Shown here: piece by piece, positions 25,054 to 35,179 of the stretch
Position numbering within the stretch: the first letter of the stretch is position 1
How the letters are laid out: each line of letters begins with the position of its first letter
NCBI GenBank assembly: GCA_043228905.1
Contig: JBHGNT010000017.1
Span: 17,236,001 to 17,300,000 of the forward strand
DNA: 64,000 nucleotides
Origin: Azolla caroliniana
Taxonomy: Eukaryota; Plantae; Polypodiophyta
Reading direction: 5' to 3'
Notes under the pieces: model-generated
Told to the model about the DNA's origin: nothing
The model's input: only the letters and a program-made list of their open reading frames with translations
Database searches by the model: none
Position numbers and translations under genes: made by a program

Positions 25054-25868
25054 TGATTCCAGTTGGAAGGGGTTCAAACTGTCACGAACACACCAAGTGT
25101 GAACTAGGATGGAGCATAGATGAACTTGGAGCTAGATGTGACGAGGCTAGGAACTCTAGATGTTGTGAGTGACATGAGGGCATGAAGATAGAAATAAACA
25201 TCAAGGAGACAAAAATGAGGCGAAACGAGAATACTAGATTGATGTGTCAATGACTAGTGTTGAATCCCTTGAAAGGGACCAAGGAGGTTACAAGTATTTA
25301 TACTGTGAGTCGAAGTACATGCATTAGAATGTTTTGTAGAATATTCGGGAAGAACCCTCTAGAACCTTCTAGTTCTAGAACTTTCTAAAAACTCCTAGAA
25401 CTTGAAATAGATAATCTACTAATAGTCTACTAGAATATATTTAACAACATATATTAGGATCTATTGGTTAGAACACACCACTTGACTATATACAAGAGGT
25501 CAAGAGCTCAAATCTTGACATGACAACAGTCATGTTCGTGACATGCACGGTGGCAACATGGTAGATGACATGGTCAAGGGTACCACAATAGAGGCAAAGG
25601 CCATTGTCACGTCTATGTTGTCGTTGCACATCAATTCAAGGTTGGGACCGAGCATGGTCGACCTCCATCTAGGTATGAGTATCATTGGAGGATGGCAACC
25701 TTGGCTTGGTTGGCGAAATTGATACATGTATGGCATTGCGGGATGAAGACTAAAATCCTTGAGTCCCACGTTCCTCCTGACGAAGCTCAAAAAGACGATG
25801 ATCACATTGAACAACTTGGGACATTACTTGAGGCAATGATGTGGGCTTCGGAAAGTTTTGACATCGTT

Positions 25869-26462
25869 TCAGAGGCCTCGACGAAAATGGTCACATAAGG
25901 CTTGGTCATCCCAGCTAACATCGCACGTGATTTGATGAAACTTTGAAGCATAGACGGAGGCTGAACGACAACCTTGTTGTAAGGAATAGAGCTTCGTGAG
26001 TGTTGTTCGTCGCCAGTCAGTCTCTCTAAACGTGGCTTCAACCTTTGCGAGGAAGGCAGGAAAGTTGTCTAAGAGTGGGGATGAGGCCTCGACCAATGGT
26101 GCAAACCACGCTTGCGCCAGTCCGGAGAGAAGGGTGCCAATGAGGCCGACTTGAGAAAAATTGCTAGCATAACATTGGGGTTGTAAACGAATGATAAGCC
26201 AAATTTGATTGATGAAGCCACGAAGATGTGCCCTCGAGCCGTTGAATTTGTTGGGTAGGCTAATGCTAGGTTCGAGGACATATGGATAAGAAGAGGAAGG
26301 GGTCGGGCTAGGTGTTGACGAGGGGTGTGGCTCAATGAGTGGGGGGTTGTTGAATGTGTCATTTTGAAGCTCTCGTGATGATTCACAAAGGATTTCAATT
26401 TCTAGTTGAAGTTGTTGGAAGGCTGCCATTACTTGGTTTAAGTTGTTGATAGAGTTGGACAT
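25869..26462 (-). pseudogene. Gypsy gag (Ty3 capsid-like) of element E
   Basis: LPNKFNGSRAHLRGFINQI...LLSGLAQAWF...LQQGCRSASVYASKF...WDDQALCDHFRRGL, then a premature stop. The ATG is 28 nt from the LTR end. Confidence 0.88.
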
Positions 26463-26490
26463 GGTAGCAAGAAGACGAAGGTGAACAAAT

Positions 26491-27096
26491 TGTCACAAAC
26501 GAGTAGACAAGGCTACATACACACACACACAAAGAGAGAGAGAGAGAGCATGGATGTAGCTCAGTTGGTAAAGTTGCCCAATGGAGACCAGGTGGTCATG
26601 GGTTCAACCCCTACATTCCACAATGGCATCTAGTGAATTAAGAGATATATAAGAAGTATATAACAGAGAGGTGAGGAAGTTGGGTTTCGAACCCACAACG
26701 CAATGCTTGTAATGCTAACAACTTACCACTAGGGTAAGGTAATTACAATAAATAAAAATAAAATAAAATAAAATAAAATAAAAAAGAAGAAGAGAGAGAG
26801 CATAGACAAGCGAACAAGAACTAAATTTATGTTTCCGTAATTAGTGTTGTTCACCTTGATTGTAATCAAGGTGCACCCGAGTATTTATACAAGGTGGAGG
26901 TATGCATGTAACCTAGGAATATTCTAGAGGATGCATGCAAGCTAGGAAACTTCTAGTGATTAACCTACAATGTAATAATTGAATCTTATACAACAATGCA
27001 CAGATGGATGTAGCTCAATTGGTAAGGTTGCTCAACAAGACCATGAGGTTATGGGTTCAACCCCCTACATTCCATCAGGGCATCATGGTTATGACA
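26491..27096 (-). repeat. 5' LTR of Gypsy E containing three tRNA-like modules
   Basis: TGTCAT...GTGACA on minus, TATAAATA at 26882-26889. A/B-box modules at 26551-26620 (+), about 26675-26740 (-) and 27005-27074 (+). Confidence 0.85.
26551..26790 (+). mobile_element. Possible tRNA-derived SINE inside the E LTR
   Basis: TAGCTCAGTTGG...GGTTCAACCC head, (AAAAT)n tail at about 26748-26785, flanked by the direct repeat AGAGAGAGAGCAT. Confidence 0.5.
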
Positions 27097-30000
27097 CATG
27101 GTTGGCTTGCCATGTCGTCAAGAATGTTGGTGTGTGTGCTTTAACATCAGGTTCGTAGTTGTATTTCGGGTCGTAAGGGTACGACATTATATCGTCCTCT
27201 TCGGTTCGTGGGTTTTCCGGTTCACTCTATGGACCGTCCGACAGTGGTTGTGCTAAGGCCTCTACTTCACTTGGGGGTGCTCTTATAAGGGTTTCTACCT
27301 CGGTCGACGGTGTTTGTATCAGGGTGCCTTATGCTCGTTCGTATGGAGGGTTGTTAATGAGATGGTGAGTTGACCAAACACTATTTGTATCGAACCTTGT
27401 CGCGAAGTTTCGCGCGTGCGTGTGGAAGGGCGGGACCACGGGGGCCTTGAACCGAGGAGCGAGAGAGAGAGAGAGAGAGAGAGAGGAGAGGAGGAGAAGA
27501 GATTTGCAAATACGCAGATGGGAGAAGGAAAGAGAAAGAAACGAGAAACTTAATTATAGTAACAGTTGATTACAAAATCAAGAGATTGCAAACTCTGACG
27601 ATTACAACCGACAAGGCGGCGATGGAGCCGACCCGGGGACCCTACTCACGCACACCGACAGAACACACTAGACCCCCCCTTAAAATAAAGAAGCGTAGAA
27701 GGGGGAGCCCTTGCTGGTAGCGCACGGGCTACCCACGAAGCAGAGGCGTCGAACTCCCCGCACCCATAGAGAATGACGATTCGAGGAGGAGGAGAGAGAG
27801 AGCTTGGCACTCGGTTCTACAACAGCCCTTTGTCCTCGCCAACGTGCAATCCCTTTTCTTCCCTCTCTCCCTCCTTAAATAGTTCGCAAAAAAAAAGGGG
27901 GGGTGTCCCTTTCTCCCTAGTCAAACCCGCTTTATTCTTTGTCCCTTTCGACAGAGATACGCACAATCCCTTAATAAATGTGTACTACCTAGTATTTACA
28001 TTAGCCGACCTAATTAGGAATCATGTACAAAATATAAATTCGCGCGTCCATCCGTGTAAGAGCTGGTTCATGCGCCCTTTTCCCCGATTCCGCCTATGTC
28101 CAGTTTTCTTCACGACATCCACCCCCACCAAACCCCGCATCCACGGGCATGCGCCAGAGACGGGTAGATACCGAAGAAAACCGGCTTCACTCGTTGCTCT
28201 CTGATTCTCCGCCAGGCCCGAACTGATCGTCGTCGTCGCTCCCGCTCGCCGGCTCCGACTCATCTTCGAACCGCTTCTTGAACGCTTTGATCCGCTTCCC
28301 GGCCACCAGCACCGCTAACCGTGTCCCGTCGAGTTCCGCGAGGTGGTACGTGCCGTTGTCGTTCGCACCTGTCACCATGTAGGGCCCGAACCACCTCCTA
28401 GCGAACTTCTGCACCGCCATGTGCTGATTGTCGAGGCTGCTATCGTACACCAAGACCCAGTCGCCTTCCTCGATTTTCTTTTGTCGCAAGCGGTGCGTCC
28501 GGATGAACCGGGTCTTGTTTCGCTCCCTTGCCGCCCGCAGCTTTTCCTTCGCTCATTTCACATCCTCCGGCCTCCGCTCGAGTTGCCGAATCCGCGCCGC
28601 TAGCAACTCATCTTGTCCTTCCGATCTACCGCCGCCCATGAAGAAACCGTCCGTTCCACCGGCGTGATCAGCTTCTGTCCGTACATCAGCTCTGTCGGCA
28701 TAAACCCTGTCACCGAATTGTGCGTAGTTCGGTCCGCCCATTGTGCGTAAGGAAGGAGTTGCGGCCAATTCCTGACCTGCCCTCTGCATGCACGCACCAA
28801 CGCCTTCACAATCGGCCCGTGCCCACGTTCTACCTTCCCATTCACCTCCGGATTGTACGCCGTAGTGAGGGAGAGTTTGATCCCTAGCCGGTCGAACAGC
28901 TCCTCAGCTTCCCACGCATCCAGCTCTCCCCGGTCCGCCACGATCCTCCCGACGCACCCGTACCGACACACTACCTCTTTGATCAGGAATCGGCATACCG
29001 TCGCGGTTGTCTTGTTCTGCAATGCACGGCCTTCCACCTAGTTCGTTAAGTCTTCCCGCGCAAGCACCAGGTATCGCATCTGTCCTACTCCCATCGGCAT
29101 CGTCACCAAGTCCACCATCCACTTGAAATGGACCGCAGGCGGGTAAGTCGGGTGTACCTCGTCCCGATGTCGGACTACGGAGTGCATCTGACAGCTTTCG
29201 CAAGTCGTCACGAACCGATGCACGTCCTAGTACAGCCTCGGCCACCAGTACCTTTCCTTTAGCTTCTTGAACGTGGCCCACGTCCCACGGTGCCCAGTCC
29301 TAGGGACTCTCGTGAAATGCCGCCAGTAGTTCCTCCTGTTCTTCTTTCTTTGCCACTACTCGGAGTGGGATGCCGTTTTTCTTCTTTGAGTGCCTCCATA
29401 TGCACCCGTCCCGCAGGAAGAATCGGTACGCCTTCTTCCGTACCCGGCTCGCCTCTTCTCTCGTCCACGTTGCATCCAGCGTTATCGCCCGTAGGAACCT
29501 CCCGATTTGGAGCCACTCCCCGTCGTACCTACTTTCGTCAAATTCGTTAAGAGCAGGAGTGTCCCCTTTCCTCATCGTTATGTTAGCCGACCCGAAGAAG
29601 TCCTCGTCGACTTCTTCGTCACCCGAAACCATGTCGTCTTCGTCGTTGAACCTCGCTCTCGAAAGCATGTCGGCCATGGTGTTATCTTTTCCGGAGATGT
29701 GTCATATCTCCGGGTTTAGGGACTTAATGTACGCTATCCACCGGAGCATTGCTAGGTCCGGCGTCGCGCATCCAGAAACCATGCCGAGTATTGGCAGGTA
29801 GTCTGTCTCGATTATCACCTCTGTCCCGATCAGATAGTCCTTGTCGGCCTTGACTGCCGAAACGATACCCCAAAGCTCGCGCTTAACTTGGGCGTATCCT
29901 CGCTACCGCTCGCTCAATACCTTCGCCCCGAACCGGATCGGGAATCGTACGTCGTCCTTGTCCTCCTGACTGATTACTCACCCGATCCCGGTCGGGCTCG

Positions 30001-33000
30001 TGTCCACCGTCACGCAAATGGGGACATCCTTGCCGTAAACCGCTTTACGGAGAGCCGGCGCTATCATAAGCGCCTCCTTTAGTCTCCGTACCGACTCTGT
30101 GTGCTCCGTCCTCCACTCAAAGCTTTTTCAATAGTTCGTAGAGGGGTTCCACGACATGTGCGTAGTGCGGGATCTAGATGTGGTAGAACGCGCATGCTCC
30201 CAAGAATCTGCGGACCTCCGTGACCGACCCGCAATCGTCCCTCATCGCGGAGATGGCCTCTACATTTGCCGGAGACGGTTTCCTACCGTAGGGCCCACAC
30301 AGGTGTACGACCACTAAGATCTCTGACTGCCCGGACGCCGATTTTTCTCCGGAGAAGGTGAATCGTGCGTTTTCGAGCCTCTGCAGCACCTTCTCGCAGT
30401 CGTTGATGTGGTTCACGACGAACCGCCAGCATCCGTCTGGCCCGACAGTCTCGTCCACATCATCCACCAGACACCCCTTTATCGGGATGTCGTCCAAGAA
30501 TGGCATGGTGATGTCCGGGATGCAATCCCTCAACACCTTGTTCATTGCGTTCACCATATGCGCCATCGAATTCGTCCCGCCTTGTGGTAGGGTACACATC
30601 TGCACTAGGCCGAGAGGGATTCGCATCGTCATGATATCCCTGCTCTCCACGGCTAGCTGGAACTGGTCGTACCCCGAGTATAAGTCACCGACCGAATAGA
30701 TCGACCTTCTAGCGAAGGCCTCCGCGAACTCGTCTATGGTCGGTCCGATTCCTGCATTACGAATGGTCACCCTGTTGACCGGTTGCAGGTCCTGAATGAA
30801 GCGCAACGTGTTGTTCTTCTTCGGCACCGTAAACCATCGATTCGAATACGGGGCACTCGACGGTTCGAGGATGCCCATCTCCACCTTTTGCTTCAAAAGC
30901 TCCATCAACTTCGGGATGTGAGCTCTTGGCACCGGAATCGGTTTGAGATTCCACGGTACATGCGGTATCGTGAAGATCACCATCGGTTCGACGATCGTCA
31001 AGTCTACGCACCCGATCTCCTCCGGCAAGAACGCGAAGGCTTTCCCATGCCTTCCGAGCATTCTTCGAAACCTGTTCTCCTCCGCCGGCAGTATGGTCAG
31101 TCCGATTCCTGCATTACGGATGGTCACCCTGTTGACCGATTGCAGGTCCTGAATGAAGCGCAGCGTGCCGTTCTTCTTCGGCACCGTAAACCACCAATTC
31201 GAATACGGGGCACTCGATGGTTCGAGGATGCCCATCTCCACCGTTTGCTTCAAAAGCTCCATCAACTTCGGGATGTGAGCTCTTGGCACCGGAATCAGTT
31301 TGAGATTCCACGGTACATGCGGTATCGTGAAGATCACCATCGGTTCGACGATCATCGGATCCACGCACCCGATCTCCTCCGGCGAGAACGCGAAGGCTTT
31401 CCCATGCCTTCTGAGCATTCTCCGAAACCTGTTCTCCTCTGTCGGCAATAGAAAGCCACCCCCACCAACCTTGAGCTCCCGTAGCATTATGTCGGTGAAC
31501 CGGTGCCCTATGCCAGCCGGATTCCGTAAACTTGGGTCTGACGCGACCCCTCTTATCCGCTCCTTGTTGCCCTCCGGCAAGGGTGCCGCGACTGGCCTCA
31601 CCTTCCGGTCCACAGTCTGTTACTTTGTATCCACGCGGGCCGTCCGATCCGACCCGATCCTTTCCCCGAAGTCCGCGATGACTTCGTACATTCCCATTGA
31701 ACTAAACAGAACGGTATGGTCTTCTCTAAGGTCTTCACCGATCACCTTTTGCAATTCGCCCAAGGTGTCGTCAAAAGAGACCGCCTCCACGACGCCGCTG
31801 ATGTCTTCATCGGGGGAGAGAACTCCGCATCCCCTGAGCCGCTCCTCCGCTCGCTTCCTCTCCCAGCCGCTGACGTCGGTTATAGTACAACCTCCGTTTT
31901 CGGAGAACCAAAACTTCCTACCTACTGCACATGTGTGGGGTTCTTCCAGTACATCCGGACTACCACAGCCCCACGCCTTGATAGCCCTCTCTAAAAATCC
32001 CCTCGGCTACCGCCGCCGAGGGTCTCACGATTCCTCTCATGCTTCGAACGTACGGTCATGAATTGGACGGAATGCCAACCGTCCTGGCTCTTGACGCGCG
32101 CGTACGCCTAACCGTTATCCAGCACTTTTGTCTCCATGCGTGCTGCCGTAATGTATGGTTCGCCGAGAATCACCGGGTGCGAGGATGTTTCCTACGCGAA
32201 GAAATGTTGATCTATCTCGACGTCACCGACCTTTACGCGTATATTCAGGCACGCACCATGCAGCTCCTTCATAGCACGTGTCGCCGCGCGTATCTTCTAC
32301 CCGTGCTTGGTGTTGATCGGCCATTTACCCCTCTTGTAGAAATCCATGGACATCAGGTTGATTTTGGATCCATGGTCTACCATGACCACCACCGGTTCCG
32401 GAATGTCGCCGATCCGCACAGGGGTTTCCGTAGTTGCCCTGGCCCAATGCGGCTTCGCGTAGTGGTTTTCCGCCAACTCGTCTTCTAGGGCCGCGTCTTC
32501 GAAGTGTGTAGTCCGCACCTCCACCGGCTTCTTCGGTTCTGGCTCCGTCGAGAGCCTCTTCCGCTTCACCAAGTCTACGATGGAGTCGTGGAACTCCCTC
32601 TTGGCGATTCCCAGCACCTCCCGCAACGACAGCTCCACTTTACTGTCGAGGATCCGCTCTTCAAGGACCTTCTGTAGGTCCGTTGCTCTCTCGATTTCGG
32701 TGCTCAACGCCAACGCGCGATCCCTTTTCTTCCCTCTCTCCCTCCTTAAATAGTTCGCAAAAAAAAAGGGGGGGTGCCCCTTTCTCCCTAGTCAAACCCG
32801 CTTTATTCTCTATCCCTTTCGACAGAGATACGCACAATCCCTTAATAAATGTGTACTACCTAGTATTTACATTAGCCGACCTAATTAGGAATCATGTACA
32901 AAATATCAATTCGCGCATCCATGCGTGTAAGAGCTGGTTCATGCGCCCTTTTCCCCGATTCCGCCTATGGCCGGTTTTCTTCACGACAACGTGTCTTCAT

Positions 33001-33947
33001 CCAACCCGGAACTGCTAGTGTTCTCCTCCAAGCCAAAGAACACCATTGAATCCTTTTCTCGAACCGTTAATGTGTGCAAGGTTGATTCAGTGTCTGCAAG
33101 GTTAGTCGTGCCACTCTCGCCTTCGTTGTTATTATTATTGTGGGAGTGGAACGCTTGTTTGACTATCCGTTGAATACTTCAGGAAAATGTTCGATCCCTC
33201 CAAACCTCCTCGATTGCTCTTCGATACTCCTCCCATTTTCGTGACCTCTTCTCCCATTCGGTTAGTGCATCATCAATTTGTCTAGACGACATCCATCCTC
33301 CTTTGTTCGTTGCCTCTCACAGACGAATTGTGGTTGCCAAATTGTGTTCCTACTCCCTAGAAAACAAGGGTCATATACTCAATCACTGTGTACCCTTCTC
33401 CAAAGGATTGTGGTTCGAGGAATGGATTTAACAGACTGCAATTAATTAACTAGCCGGGTCGGCTATGACAAATCAGCTCTAAGCACATATGGATTCAACT
33501 ACATGCGAATTAGCTTATGCACACAAATAGTTTGAATCGGCTAACACTCTCAATACACAATTAAGAAACTTAATCACAATTCAATACAAAGATAAAATGG
33601 ATACACAATGGCATTGTATACCAAAAACTTTCTATATTAAAACTCATAATACAATCGATAATAGTACAATGCACATGCCCCTTTTATAGGCAAGCATGCA
33701 AGGTTACATTGCCGAAATAGATCGGCACATCCTTCCGAATCCATCCATAGCTATTTGCATCTTAATTCAATTACATCGTTTCATATCTATTAATATTTGC
33801 TAATAATATTTCAACTCCTAATAATCTTTTGCTTCACATTGTTTGTCAGTTGTCTAATTCGACCTGTATACTTTAACCGACTTTACACTCTTTCGGACTT
33901 CGACCGTTTCAGCTACCCCTTGTCATCTTTCTTCTCTAAGGGTAACA
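27097..33947 (-). mobile_element. Old LTR element F (LTR about 33343-33947, degenerate 5' ORF), host of element D
   Basis: TGTTACCC start at 33947, TATA-like CCTATAAAAG, PBS-like TGGCAACCACA at 33329-33339 (resembles a tRNA-Arg PBS). The reading ...GLDEDT|FDTNS... is continuous across the D insertion. Confidence 0.55.
27398..32987 (-). mobile_element. Decayed non-chromovirus-like Ty3/Gypsy element D (3' LTR 27398-28117, partial 5' LTR 32708-32987)
   Basis: PR VMVDHGS, RT DLYSGYDQ...PFLDDIPI, RH, INT (TCESCQ, ADRGE, GKVERGH, GPY). PPT GGTGGGGGTGGA. LTR segments near-identical, flanks ACCT/ACGT. An internal deletion removes U5, PBS and the gag start. Confidence 0.92.
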
Positions 33948-35179
33948 ATTAGGTCAATGGTCAACAAGTTTGTTGAAGATTTTATTGGTCCATCCATCTA
34001 CTCAATTTGTGATTTATAGATGTTGTACACAAACTTAACAAATTGCAGGAGTTTGGGCCAGTTGGCTAGGTCATGGTACTCTACAAAGCAACACAAAAAC
34101 TACATCAAAACTTGGTTGAGGTGTTCCACTATATTGGCTAAGGCAACAAGGACACTCATCGTATCATACTTTGTAAGGTAACCAAATTTGATTGTTTAAT
34201 CGTTTAGTGATGCCAAGTTATATACAACTCTTAATACATAGCATTAGAGAGTGAATGACACAAAAATGTGCAAACAAGTTTATTTTAAAAGCAAATACAA
34301 ACAATGTAGTCATCTTCTCTATCTCCCTATCTCTATTTGTCTTTCTCTTTGTGGAAGGAGTCACATACAAGATTATTTGTTTATTTTAGTTCTATAGGTC
34401 GAAATTGGCCTCCTTGTAAATGATAAGAAATCTATTCTATTCTTTCTATTTTGGCTTATATAAATAGGAGGGTTGTGCTTGCTTCTAATGTCTCATCTCC
34501 CCCTTGTTACATACAACCACATTTGGATTGCTTTTATAGAGTTGGGTCACGGTCGAGATTCTCTCAATTGTCCTCCCTTAAAGTCAAAATTTAGCCTTCA
34601 ACATATAATGTACTTCTACACATCTTTTGACTCAATGTGCAAAAAATAAAAGTATCATAATTACGCTTGAATATTGTAACTTGGGGTACAATAAAATCTT
34701 GTATTCCCAATTTAGTAGAACATATTTTTATCATATATTGTTTCAATTCTGCACTATCTTTATCTCCTCTCTCCCCATGCCTCTCCCTTTTCTTTACGAA
34801 TTCTCCTCATTCATAACCTCAGTGGCTCGACTCACTGATTACAAACTCTACCACACCAATCCTTTTCTAATTACGCATGATTGGTAAAAATTACGAGAAA
34901 CAATGTTTGTTGGACGGCCAACAAATGCATTGTTTGCAAAGCTAAGACGAACTCTGTGTGGGGTACACATATGTACACAAGCCTAGAAAATGGAATGACC
35001 AATGTGGGTGGCATGGAATGCTTAGCTAGGCCTCGTGGTGGGGGACATGGAGTGGTGTTCAAGTTCATGCATAGGCATAGGCATATAGTGATGCGATTAT
35101 CGATTTTGTGCCGACAGGGGCCACCGGTTTAGCGTTTAGCGTTTAGGGTTTAGGGAGCGGTAGGCAAATGTACCGCTTG

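Larger units (their letters stand above)
21052..25543 (-). mobile_element. Non-autonomous LTR element C (LTRs 21052-21546 and 25080-25543) with a non-coding repetitive interior
   Basis: TGTCAC...GTGACA LTR pair, TSD TGCAC at 21047-21051 and 25544-25548, PPT AAAGGGGAGGATAA at 21547-21560 (-). No gag/pol similarity recognised inside. Confidence 0.92.
14673..27096 (-). mobile_element. Decayed chromovirus-like Gypsy element E (5' LTR 26491-27096, gag, PR, RT start), split by two large nested insertions
   Basis: gag at 25869-26462. PR: ALLNSNASTCFID...IVLG|LSWLETHNP, rejoined across the Copia TSD. RT start: HRPYDCPIEL...GAPILFVKKKDNSLRLCVDY...PLPLI. Confidence 0.88.

Noticed and set aside
26551-27074. 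Functional tRNA genes
   Set aside because: Acceptor and anticodon stems are imperfect and the segments lie in an LTR; reported as tRNA-like modules instead.
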